A stretch of DNA of 64,000 nucleotides from Candidatus Minthousia equi (GTDB lineage Bacteria > Bacteroidota > Bacteroidia > Bacteroidales > Bacteroidaceae). Below the pieces are notes generated by a model. That model saw only the letters and a program-made list of their open reading frames with translations, did no database searches and was not told the DNA's origin. Below, piece by piece: positions 47,330 to 55,854 of this stretch; position 1 is the stretch's first letter, and every line of letters begins with the position of its first letter. The stretch spans positions 167 to 64,166 of the forward strand of contig JAGHTY010000093.1 in NCBI GenBank assembly GCA_018065125.1, read 5' to 3'. The translations under genes and the position numbers were made by a program.

Positions 47330-47932
47330 ATGGCAAGAAAGAAAAGAAAAATGCCTGGATTGAACACCAGTTCAACTGCAGATATCTCTTTCATGCTGCT
47401 GATTTTCTTCTTGGTTACTACTTCAATGGACACTGATAGAGGTTTGGCACGTCAGTTGCCTCCTCCACCAGAAGATGAGACACAGACTAAGGATATCATC
47501 GTTAAGGAGCGTAATATTCTTAACATTCGTATGAACTCAGCCGGTAACTTGATGGTTGAGGACATGGATGGACAGAAGTTCGTTGGCTTAAAGGAGATTA
47601 GAAGTCTCGTTAAGGAGTTCATTGCAAACCCAAGCAATTCTGACAGAAAACCAGAAAAGCATGCAGAGAAGTTACCATACTTTGGTGATGTAGAAATTAC
47701 TAAGAATCACGTAATTTCTGTACAGAACGACCGTGGTACTCCTTACAATGTTTACTTCGAGGTACAGCATGAGCTGATTGCTGCATACAATGAGCTTCGT
47801 GATGAAATCTCAACTAAGCAGTTTGGCAAGAACTATGCTGACTTGAACGATGATCAGCAGAAGGCAGTACGTGATTATTACCCTCAGAAGATTTCTGAGG
47901 CTGAACCTAAAAACTATGGAGGAAAGAAATAA
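47330..47932 (+). CDS. exbD: biopolymer transporter ExbD/TolR (long form)
   Basis: Its N-terminus is typical of ExbD (NTSSTADISFMLLIFFLVTT). Confidence 0.85.
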   Translation: MARKKRKMPGLNTSSTADISFMLLIFFLVTTSMDTDRGLARQLPPPPEDETQTKDIIVKERNILNIRMNSAGNLMVEDMDGQKFVGLKEIRSLVKEFIANPSNSDRKPEKHAEKLPYFGDVEITKNHVISVQNDRGTPYNVYFEVQHELIAAYNELRDEISTKQFGKNYADLNDDQQKAVRDYYPQKISEAEPKNYGGKK

Positions 47933-48408
47933 TGGGAAAGTTTAATAAAAATGGCAAGAGGGAAATGCCGGAGATGAATACTTCTTCACTTCCTGACTTG
48001 ATTTTCTCTATCCTCTTCTTCTTCATGATTGTAACCACCATGCGTGAGGTTACTTTGAAGGTTCAGTTCAAGCTTCCAGAAGGTAAGTCATCAGTTTTGG
48101 AGAAACTAGAAAAGAAATCATTGGTTTCTTTCATTTACATCGGTGCTCCAACTCAGGATTTGCAGGCTAAGATGGGTACTGATAGCCGTATTCAGTTGAA
48201 TGATAAGTTCGCTGAAGTTGACGAGGTTCAGGACTACATCCAGCAGGAGCGTATGAACATGAGTGAATCAGACCAGCCTTTTATGAAGGTTTCTATCAAG
48301 GCTGATAGCAAGACTCAGATGGGTATTATCACTGACGTTAAGCAGGCTCTTCGTAAGGCATACGCCTTGAAGATCAACTACTCAGCAGTTGGTAAAATGG
48401 ATGATTAA
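47932..48408 (+). CDS. exbD: biopolymer transporter ExbD/TolR (second copy)
   Basis: It has NTSSLPDLIFSILFFFMIVTT. Its ATG overlaps the upstream TAA by 1 nt. Confidence 0.85.
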   Translation: MGKFNKNGKREMPEMNTSSLPDLIFSILFFFMIVTTMREVTLKVQFKLPEGKSSVLEKLEKKSLVSFIYIGAPTQDLQAKMGTDSRIQLNDKFAEVDEVQDYIQQERMNMSESDQPFMKVSIKADSKTQMGIITDVKQALRKAYALKINYSAVGKMDD

Positions 48409-48423
48409 TAATTCCTACTATAA

Positions 48424-48456
48424 GAAAAAGGAGGTTCGTTAAGAATCTCCTTTTTT
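48424..48456 (+). terminator. intrinsic terminator after the exbB-exbD operon
   Basis: aaaaaggagg (48424-48433) pairs with tctccttttt (48445-48454), followed by a T7 tract. Confidence 0.7.
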
Positions 48457-48671
48457 TGTTTGTATAGCTCTTATTTGAACATGCATTGATCTCTTAGTAT
48501 GATTGGAACTGGTCATTTATTATCTTACGCATTGATCATTTATTATGCTTAGAATAAAGATAAGTAAAGACTAAGTACGCACCCTATTTAGTACTAAACT
48601 TGTCCTTTTATTTAAGTAAAACATGCTAATTAATCTAAGATTTGAATACTAGATTTTCATGAAAAAAATAG

Positions 48672-48679
48672 TATCTTTG
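48672..48679 (+). promoter_or_regulatory. -7 box (TAtcTTTG) for thyA-folA
   Basis: tatctttg lies 25 nt upstream of the thyA ATG. Confidence 0.5.
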
Positions 48680-48703
48680 CAAAAAGAATAAAATTAAGCA
48701 TCA

Positions 48704-49501
48704 ATGAAGCAATATTTAGACCTGCTGAATCGTATCCTTACAGAAGGAACAGTAAAGGAAGACCGTACAGGTACAGGCACTATCAGTGTGTTTGGACATC
48801 AAATGCGTTTTAACTTGGAAGAGGGATTCCCTTTGGTAACTACCAAGAAACTTCATCTTAAGAGTATAATTCATGAACTTTTGTGGTTCTTGAATGGTGA
48901 TACTAATGTGAAATATCTGCAAGATAATGGCGTGCGTATCTGGAACGAATGGGCCGACCCTGAAACTGGCGATTTAGGTCATATTTATGGCTATCAATGG
49001 CGCAGTTGGCCAGACTATAACGGAGGTTTTATTGACCAGATTCAGGAGGCTGTAGATACAATTAAGAATAATCCAGATTCACGTCGTATTATCGTTAGTG
49101 CCTGGAATGTGGCAGACTTGAAGAACATGAATCTTCCTCCTTGCCATGCTTTCTTCCAGTTCTATGTGGCAGACGGCCGATTGAGCTTGCAGTTGTATCA
49201 ACGCTCGGCAGATAGCTTCTTAGGTGTACCTTTCAATATTGCATCATATGCTCTATTGCTCATGATGATGGCTCAGGTAACTGGCTTGAAAGCAGGTGAT
49301 TTTATTCATACTACTGGCGATACCCATGTTTACAGCAATCATATCGAACAGGTGAAGTTGCAGTTAACACGTGAACCAAAGCCACTGCCAACAATGAAGA
49401 TAAATCCTGATGTGAAGAATATCTTTGACTTTAAGTATGAAGATTTTACGCTGGAGAATTATGAACCTTGGCCACACATTAAGGGTGTGGTGGCTGTATA
49501 A
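48704..49501 (+). CDS. thyA: thymidylate synthase
   Basis: It begins MKQYLDLL, with [21 protein letters not shown] and QRSAD. Confidence 0.97.
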   Translation: MKQYLDLLNRILTEGTVKEDRTGTGTISVFGHQMRFNLEEGFPLVTTKKLHLKSIIHELLWFLNGDTNVKYLQDNGVRIWNEWADPETGDLGHIYGYQWRSWPDYNGGFIDQIQEAVDTIKNNPDSRRIIVSAWNVADLKNMNLPPCHAFFQFYVADGRLSLQLYQRSADSFLGVPFNIASYALLLMMMAQVTGLKAGDFIHTTGDTHVYSNHIEQVKLQLTREPKPLPTMKINPDVKNIFDFKYEDFTLENYEPWPHIKGVVAV

Positions 49502-49513
49502 ATTCTATTGAAA

Positions 49514-50005
49514 ATGTACCTTTCTATTATAGCTGCTGTAGCACAGAATCTTGCCATTGGCTTTGAGAACAAGTTGTTGTATTGGCTGCCAAACGACTTG
49601 AAACGTTTCAAGGCATTGACTACAGGCCATACTATCGTAATGGGACGAAAAACTTTTGAAAGTTTCCCTAAAGGAGCATTACCTAACCGCCGTAATGTAG
49701 TGCTGAGTCGTAATGCCAACTTGGAATTGCCAGGAGCAGAATGTTTTACTTCGCTTAAGGATGCTTTAGCATCTTGTAAAGAAGACGAACATGTGTATAT
49801 CATCGGAGGTGACAGCGTGTACAAGCAGGCATTGCCTTTGGCTGATGAATTGTGCCTTACATTAGTTGAAGACACACCAGCACAGGCAGATGCATTCTTT
49901 CCTGCGTATACTGATGAATGGGAAGAGTCGTTCCGTGAAGAGCACGAAACAGACGAGAAACATCAGTTTAAGTACGCGTTTGTTAACTACGTCCGTAAGG
50001 CTTAA
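49514..50005 (+). CDS. folA: dihydrofolate reductase
   Basis: It begins YLSIIAAVA, with LPW-type WLPNDLKRFK, GRKTFES and YIIGG. The start is the ATG at 49514. Confidence 0.92.
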   Translation: MYLSIIAAVAQNLAIGFENKLLYWLPNDLKRFKALTTGHTIVMGRKTFESFPKGALPNRRNVVLSRNANLELPGAECFTSLKDALASCKEDEHVYIIGGDSVYKQALPLADELCLTLVEDTPAQADAFFPAYTDEWEESFREEHETDEKHQFKYAFVNYVRKA

Positions 50006-50457
50006 GGCATCTTAATCTGACGACGTATGGCTTCGTTGAAAGAGATAATTGTCTCTGAACGAGAAAGTCCTAGTGGTTGTAGTTTATCGTGAATCAAGCT
50101 ATGTAGGTGGTTGTTGTTGCGTGCATAGATTTTCAGGAACATATCATAACTACCTGTTGTAATATGACATTCAACTACCTCTGGAATCTTCTCTAGGGCA
50201 CGTAGAACATTGTCAGAAGAACTGGGATCCTTTAAATATAGTCCTACGTAGGCACAAGTTTGATATCCCACTTTCTCAGGATTGAGAATAAACTGAGAAC
50301 CTTCTATCACACCCATTGCAGTCAGTTTCTGAACATGTTGATGAATGGCAGCACCCGACACTCCACAAGCACGGGCTACCTCAAGAAATGCAATGCGAGC
50401 ATCGTCTGCTATAAGCTTCAAGATCTGCTTATCTAAGTCATCTAAGTTATTTTCCAT
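50002..50457 (-). CDS. Lrp/AsnC family transcriptional regulator
   Basis: It has an HTH (LDDLDKQILKLIADDARIAFLEVARACGVSGAAIHQHVQKL) plus a RAM/AsnC_trans_reg domain. I trimmed the start to the ATG at 50457. Confidence 0.88.
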   Translation of the reverse strand: MENNLDDLDKQILKLIADDARIAFLEVARACGVSGAAIHQHVQKLTAMGVIEGSQFILNPEKVGYQTCAYVGLYLKDPSSSDNVLRALEKIPEVVECHITTGSYDMFLKIYARNNNHLHSLIHDKLQPLGLSRSETIISFNEAIRRQIKMP

Positions 50458-50570
50458 ATTGTTGGCATTGTTTATGGGTGCAAAGTTACGATTAATTCTT
50501 TGATTTGGCTTACTAATTGCGTTTAATTCATAATTATGTAGTAATTTTGCTGAGAAATAAGCATATTCAC

Positions 50571-51869
50571 ATGAACAACAGATTATTTGCATTGGTATGT
50601 GGCTTGATAATGACTACCGCCATCTATGCACAGAATTTTGAAGATTACTTTGAGGATAATACACTGCGCATTGACTATACCTTTGCCGGAAACCATGATT
50701 ATCAGCAAATTTATGTAGATGAACTGAATAAGATGCCACAATGGGCTGGTCGACGCCATCATCTGGCAGAATTGCCTTTGGAAGGTAATGGACAGATTAC
50801 AGTGAAGGACAAGGCTACCGGAACAGTAGTTTATCGTCATTCATTCTCTACTTTATTTCAGGAATGGCTCACGACAGAAGAGGCGACAAAGCAAAGTAAG
50901 TCGTTCGAAAATCCATTCTTGATACCTTTTCCTAAACAACCAGTGCTGGTAGAAGTAAATATAGTAGATACACACCATAAGACAGTAGCTACTTTGACAC
51001 ATGAGGTAGATCCTGCAGATGCTCTCATTGTACAGCGAGGAAACAAGCATGTTACTCCTCACAGAATACTGCAAAAGAGTGGTGCGGCACAAGACTGCAT
51101 CGATGTGGCTATCGTTGCAGAAGGTTATACAAAAGACGAGATGGATTTGTTCTACAAGGATGCTCAGGTTGCAATGGAGCAGATTCTGAAGAGCAAGGCT
51201 TTTGCTAGCATGAAGGATAGATTTAACTTCTATGCGGTAGGTTGTGAATCGGAGGAGAGTGGTGTGAGCACACCTTACAAGAACGATTGGCGCAAGACTG
51301 CTCTTAACTCACACTTTCATACTTTTTATTCAGAGCGTTACCTCACTACCTTGCACTTGAAGGATTTACATAACCAGTTAGCCGGTATTCCATACGAACA
51401 CATTATTATATTGGCTAATACCGATGAATATGGCGGTGGTGGAATCTACAACAGCTATACCTTGACTACTGCTCATCACTATCTGTTTAAACCTGTAGTT
51501 GTACATGAGTTTGGACATAGTTTTGGTGGTCTTGCCGATGAGTATTACTATGATGATCAGTACGAAACACAATATCCTCTGGATACAGAACCTTGGGAAC
51601 AGAACATTACTACTCTTGTGGATTTTGATAGCAAATGGAAAGATATGTTACCTGATGCTACCAAAATTCCAACTCAACCCACTAATAAGCCTAGTGAGAT
51701 ATACACAAAGGTTGGTGTGTTTGAAGGTGCTGGATATTGCTCTAAAGGTGTGTATCGTCCTGTTCAAGAGTGCAGAATGAAGATTAACGAAGCACCCGAC
51801 TTTTGTCCTGTGTGCATTAGGGCAATAAAAAGAGTGATAGATTTCTATACGGCGGATATTTCGCGCTGA
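50571..51869 (+). CDS. secreted IgA-peptidase-M64-like zinc metallopeptidase
   Basis: It has a signal peptide (..TAIYAQ), VAIVAEGYT, ANTDEYGGGG, and zinc motif VVHEFGHSFGGLADEY (HEFGH at 51504-51518). The start is the ATG at 50571. Confidence 0.85.
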   Translation: MNNRLFALVCGLIMTTAIYAQNFEDYFEDNTLRIDYTFAGNHDYQQIYVDELNKMPQWAGRRHHLAELPLEGNGQITVKDKATGTVVYRHSFSTLFQEWLTTEEATKQSKSFENPFLIPFPKQPVLVEVNIVDTHHKTVATLTHEVDPADALIVQRGNKHVTPHRILQKSGAAQDCIDVAIVAEGYTKDEMDLFYKDAQVAMEQILKSKAFASMKDRFNFYAVGCESEESGVSTPYKNDWRKTALNSHFHTFYSERYLTTLHLKDLHNQLAGIPYEHIIILANTDEYGGGGIYNSYTLTTAHHYLFKPVVVHEFGHSFGGLADEYYYDDQYETQYPLDTEPWEQNITTLVDFDSKWKDMLPDATKIPTQPTNKPSEIYTKVGVFEGAGYCSKGVYRPVQECRMKINEAPDFCPVCIRAIKRVIDFYTADISR

Positions 51870-51912
51870 CAGCATACTGCGTAGGCAATTATCAAATTTC
51901 AATAAATAAAAA

Positions 51913-53289
51913 GTGGAATTACCAAAAGCATTTACACAATACACTCAGAATATACTGGGAGAGGAGGAGTTCAATGCATTGTTGAAGGCATTGGAAGAAC
52001 CTTCGCCTACTAGTATCCGAACAAACCCTCTCAAGCCATGTAACAAAATTCCGCAGGGCACGGAAAAAGTTCCATGGTGCAGTTCAGGATATTACTTGGC
52101 AGAGCGACCTTCTTTTACTCTCGACCCTCTTTTCCATGCTGGATGCTACTATGTGCAGGAGGCAGCTTCGATGTTCTTGGCACAAGTGGTAAAGCATTAT
52201 GTTGATGCACCTGTTGTGGCCCTCGACCTTTGTGCTGCTCCAGGAGGTAAAAGTACATTGTTGGCAGATTCCTTGCCAGAAGGTAGTTTGTTGGTTGCCA
52301 ATGAAGTAATGCGACAGCGTTCACAAGTGTTGGCCGAGAATCTTACAAAATGGGGTAACACGCATGTTGTTGTAACCAATAATGAAGCTATCGATTTTCA
52401 ATCTCTGGAAAACTTCTTTGACGTAATTCTTACCGATGTGCCTTGTTCTGGTGAAGGTATGTTTCGCAAAGATCAGGGTGCCATTGATGATTGGAGCACT
52501 GCTAATGTAGATCTTTGCTGGCAACGTCAGCGTAGTATATTGGCAGACATCTGGCCTTGTTTAAAGCCTGGAGGATTACTGGTATATTCTACTTGTACGT
52601 ACAACACCCTTGAGAACGAAGAAAATGTTGTTTGGATAGCTCAGGAATTAGGTGCAGATGTACTGTCTGTACCAATAGAGAAGGAGTGGAATATTACTTC
52701 TTCACTGTATAAGGCAGAGTTACCTGTATACCGCTTTTTGCCATCACGAACTAAAAGCGAAGGATTGTTTATGTGCGCTCTTCGCAAGCATGGTGAAGGT
52801 GAAGATGTGGAAATACCAAAAAGAAAAACTAAAAAGGATAAAAACAAGAAACAAAATGCAGTTCAGCCAGTTCCACGCGAGTGTAAGGAGTGGTTACTGC
52901 AAGCACAAGATTATATCTATACTTGGCTACATGATGTAGCACTGGCATTTCCTGTTGCCTATCAGCAACAATACCAACAATTGGTCTCTACGCTAAAGCT
53001 GTTACATGCCGGTATAGAACTTGGCAGCGTGAAAGGACGTGATTTTATTCCGCATCATGCACTGGCTATTTCACCTCAACGTAGAACAGATTCTTTCCCT
53101 ATAGTCGAATTGGAGTATGACCAGGCTATAGATTATCTGCGTCGTGAAGCTATAGTGTTACCTACTACTGCTCCTCGTGGCTATGTTGTGGTAACCTATC
53201 AGAATATACCATTAGGATGGGTGAAGAATCTTGGTCAGCGTGCCAATAATCTTTATCCAAATGAATGGAGGATAAGAATAAAGGTTTAA
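51913..53289 (+). CDS. rRNA cytosine-C5 methyltransferase, RsmB/RsmF (NOL1/NOP2/Sun) family
   Basis: It uses a GTG start. It has SAM motif DLCAAPGGKS, catalytic cysteines DVPCSGEGMFRK and YSTCT, and a C-terminal PUA-like region. Confidence 0.85.
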   Translation: MELPKAFTQYTQNILGEEEFNALLKALEEPSPTSIRTNPLKPCNKIPQGTEKVPWCSSGYYLAERPSFTLDPLFHAGCYYVQEAASMFLAQVVKHYVDAPVVALDLCAAPGGKSTLLADSLPEGSLLVANEVMRQRSQVLAENLTKWGNTHVVVTNNEAIDFQSLENFFDVILTDVPCSGEGMFRKDQGAIDDWSTANVDLCWQRQRSILADIWPCLKPGGLLVYSTCTYNTLENEENVVWIAQELGADVLSVPIEKEWNITSSLYKAELPVYRFLPSRTKSEGLFMCALRKHGEGEDVEIPKRKTKKDKNKKQNAVQPVPRECKEWLLQAQDYIYTWLHDVALAFPVAYQQQYQQLVSTLKLLHAGIELGSVKGRDFIPHHALAISPQRRTDSFPIVELEYDQAIDYLRREAIVLPTTAPRGYVVVTYQNIPLGWVKNLGQRANNLYPNEWRIRIKV

Positions 53290-53314
53290 AAGAAATGATA
53301 AATTAAACAACGAG

Positions 53315-54868
53315 ATGAAAAAAATGTTTTTTGCCGCAATGGCAATGATGCTGGGTTTAGGAGCCCAGGCACAGAATGCACTATCAGAGGAATTGGCATT
53401 CAGAGTGAAGAATGAGGCATTTGCCAATTCAAAACTAGAAGAATTGGCAGAGTTTATGACGGATGAATTGGGCTCACGTTTGGCAGCTTCACAGCAGAAG
53501 TTACGTTCTGAGAAGCTAGTTGTGGGTAAATTGGCAGAGTTTGGCCTTTCTAACCCACGTGCTGAGTTTGCTGCTGAGTTTTCTAAAGGAGGATGGGATA
53601 GTCAAAAGAATTATGTGGCTATGACTGCTCCTTACTATTGCAGTTTTGCTGCAAATCCTCGCGCATGGACAGGCAGCACACAGGGATTGGTAAAAGGTGA
53701 GGTTATACTGATTGACCAGATACAGAGTGAAGCCGATTTAGAGAAATATCGTGGAAAACTCTCAGGTAAGATTGTGCTGATGCCTGTAACCCAACAGTAT
53801 GAAATATCATTCGAACCATTGGCATTTAGATACACCGATGAGGAACTGGCAAAGATGGAAACAGATTCTCGTCCTGGTCGTCATAATTATCGTCGTCAGA
53901 TGGGTGGAGGTGCTTATACAATGCCTTCTCGTGAACAAATCATGAAGATGCGTCAGTTACAGCAGCAGTTTACACAAATGCTGAAGACTGAAGGCGCATT
54001 GGCTATTATCAATACACGTGGAACTTTTAATGTTACTAGTGGTAGTGGTGCACAGTATAAGGTAGGTGATCCAGAACCAACTCCAGAGATTGTTCTTCCT
54101 TTGGAAGATGGTGGTCGTATGGCTCGTTTGATTAAGCGAGGTGAGAAAGTGGAAATGGAACTTGACATCCAGAATGTATTTACCGATAATCAGAAGATAA
54201 ACAATGTCGTTGCAGAGATTCCTGGTACCGATCCAAAACTGAAGAACGAAGTGGTTCTGATTGGTGCTCACTTGGATTCATGGCATAGTGGCACTGGTGG
54301 TGCCGACAATGCTTCTGGCTGTATTGTCATGATGGAAGCTATGCGTATCATTAAGGCATTGGGTATTTCACCACGCCGAACCATTCGTATTGCATTGTGG
54401 GGTGGTGAGGAACAAGGTTTGTATGGTTCACGTGGATATTTGCAGAACTATCTGTACGACCAGCAGAACAAGAAAACATTGCCAGGTTACAATAATTTTG
54501 CATTGTATCTAAACATGGATAATGGTTCTGGCCGTTTCCGTGGTATCTATTTAGAACAGAACGATTTGGCAGTTCCTTATTTCAAGGAATGGATGCGTGC
54601 AATCGAACCATTAGGCTTCAAGGTATTGTCTCCTCGTAGAACAGGTAGCACCGATCATGTAACCTTCGACCGTGTAGGTTTGCCTGCATATCAGTTTATT
54701 CAGGATGAATTGGAGTACGATCGTACTTATCACACCAACATGGATACCTTTGAACGCCTTTCTCTTGACGATTTGAAACTAGATGCAGCCATGGTAGCAT
54801 GGTTGGCACTGAGTGCTGCCAATGATAACGGCCGTATTCCTGTGAAGCCTGGTTATCCTGTTCAGTAA
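53315..54868 (+). CDS. secreted M28 family aminopeptidase with a PA-like insert
   Basis: It has a signal peptide (..GAQAQ) and M28 motifs LIGAHLDSW, GGADNASG, WGGEEQGLYGS and GSTDHVTF. Confidence 0.88.
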   Translation: MKKMFFAAMAMMLGLGAQAQNALSEELAFRVKNEAFANSKLEELAEFMTDELGSRLAASQQKLRSEKLVVGKLAEFGLSNPRAEFAAEFSKGGWDSQKNYVAMTAPYYCSFAANPRAWTGSTQGLVKGEVILIDQIQSEADLEKYRGKLSGKIVLMPVTQQYEISFEPLAFRYTDEELAKMETDSRPGRHNYRRQMGGGAYTMPSREQIMKMRQLQQQFTQMLKTEGALAIINTRGTFNVTSGSGAQYKVGDPEPTPEIVLPLEDGGRMARLIKRGEKVEMELDIQNVFTDNQKINNVVAEIPGTDPKLKNEVVLIGAHLDSWHSGTGGADNASGCIVMMEAMRIIKALGISPRRTIRIALWGGEEQGLYGSRGYLQNYLYDQQNKKTLPGYNNFALYLNMDNGSGRFRGIYLEQNDLAVPYFKEWMRAIEPLGFKVLSPRRTGSTDHVTFDRVGLPAYQFIQDELEYDRTYHTNMDTFERLSLDDLKLDAAMVAWLALSAANDNGRIPVKPGYPVQ

Positions 54869-54912
54869 AGCATTTTTTCTCTTTATACCTTGTATAATTA
54901 AAAGAAGATGCC

Positions 54913-54920
54913 TATTTTTG
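54913..54920 (+). promoter_or_regulatory. -7 box (TAttTTTG) for the lipoprotein pair
   Basis: tatttttg lies 77 nt upstream of the ATG at 54997. Confidence 0.4.
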
Positions 54921-54996
54921 CAAAAATGTTAAGTTTATAGATTTTTCATCTTCGTTACGAGGTAAGAATAGATAAATATTAAATGTAAAAGGAAAT

Positions 54997-55842
54997 ATGA
55001 AATTGAGAAAGTTTATGTATGCACTGATGGCTGGCATGGTGCTAGCTGCGTGCTCACCAGGAGGCGATGGTCCAGAACCTTCACCAACTCCATCTCCTTC
55101 TCCTAGTCCATCCCCATCTCCTTCACCTAGTCCATCTCCTGGTGATAAGGTGGATATTAGTAACCAGGTTAATGGCCGATGGGTACTTACCAAGGTGGAT
55201 GACAAGGAAGTTGCAACCAATAACAGAGAAGTTATCAGTTTCCTGACGGGTGGTATTGGAACCCTTTCGTCGTGGTATGCTGGTCAGTTGCAAGTTAACT
55301 ATTCCCTAGACGGCTATGGTCTTTATTTTTCTACCACGTTGGCAAATGGAGATTTCATGGAATATTTCACAGAGGTAACCTACGTTACCGAAAGTGAAAT
55401 GGAACAGCGTCACTATCGCTATGGTGAGAACAAGAACTATAAGGATATTAGTGGCTATAGAGTATACCAGAAATCTACAGTTACCATTGGCAATAAAATC
55501 ATAGGATTGTGGGAAGATACAGATGCTAATGCCAAGTATCGCTGGGAGTTCTTGGCAAATGGAACCTATAATCAGTACCAGAAGAATGCCAAGGGAAAGT
55601 GGCAAAAAGTTGACTTGAAGAATAATACTTATTTCGTTGACTCCAACTGGTTGGCAATTGGTGAGGAGAACTGCTGGGATATTGTTCAGGTAACTGATAC
55701 CCACATGATATGGAGCGCTTTGCGTGTAGATAGTACCGGTAAGACCTATGAAGAGGCCATTTCTCTGGATAAGACCGAACCAGAACCAGACGAAACAGAT
55801 ACTACAGGTGGTATCGACGATATGCCTATTGAAAACCTTTAA
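54997..55842 (+). CDS. lipoprotein with a (Ser-Pro)n linker and a lipocalin-like body
   Basis: It has a lipobox (MVLAAC|S), then GPEPSPTPSPSPSPSPSPSPSPSPGD, then NGRWVLTKVDDKE.. (a lipocalin-like GxW start). Confidence 0.7.
   Translation: MKLRKFMYALMAGMVLAACSPGGDGPEPSPTPSPSPSPSPSPSPSPSPGDKVDISNQVNGRWVLTKVDDKEVATNNREVISFLTGGIGTLSSWYAGQLQVNYSLDGYGLYFSTTLANGDFMEYFTEVTYVTESEMEQRHYRYGENKNYKDISGYRVYQKSTVTIGNKIIGLWEDTDANAKYRWEFLANGTYNQYQKNAKGKWQKVDLKNNTYFVDSNWLAIGEENCWDIVQVTDTHMIWSALRVDSTGKTYEEAISLDKTEPEPDETDTTGGIDDMPIENL
55072..55140 (+). repeat. imperfect hexanucleotide (Ser-Pro codon) repeat inside the lipoprotein gene
   Basis: It encodes PEPSPTPSPSPSPSPSPSPSPSP with mixed synonymous codons (tca/tct/tcc/agt and cca/cct). 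Confidence 0.9.
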
Positions 55843-55854
55843 AATGTGTGCCCT

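Noticed and set aside
42569-48408. tonB ... exbB-exbD-exbD considered as a single novel super-operon
   Set aside because: A strong terminator follows tonB (43321-43350), and the intervening genes (polyprenyl synthase, hypothetical, tatD) have their own context. exbB has its own predicted promoter. This is ordinary dispersed Ton-system organisation.
50457-50592. Apparent 76-nt overlap of the AsnC regulator and M64 ORFs (and similar 5' extensions for psd, rsmD, cmk, ispH, tonB, pepD, folA, the helicase, GH51 and the polyprenyl synthase)
   Set aside because: These are artefacts of longest-ORF calling. The internal ATGs give canonical N-termini or signal peptides and sit downstream of predicted -7 boxes or terminators, so I trimmed the starts.
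55072-55140. Hexanucleotide repeat considered as a CRISPR-like array or a slippage-prone contingency tract
   Set aside because: It lies within a coding frame, has no spacers, and its units use mixed synonymous codons. It is neither a CRISPR array nor a perfect microsatellite, so phase variation by slippage is unlikely.
54912-55220. 102-aa minus-strand ORF encoding GDGLGEGDGDGLGEGDGVGEG
   Set aside because: It is simply the reverse complement of the Ser-Pro codon repeat of the lipoprotein gene. It has no independent signals.
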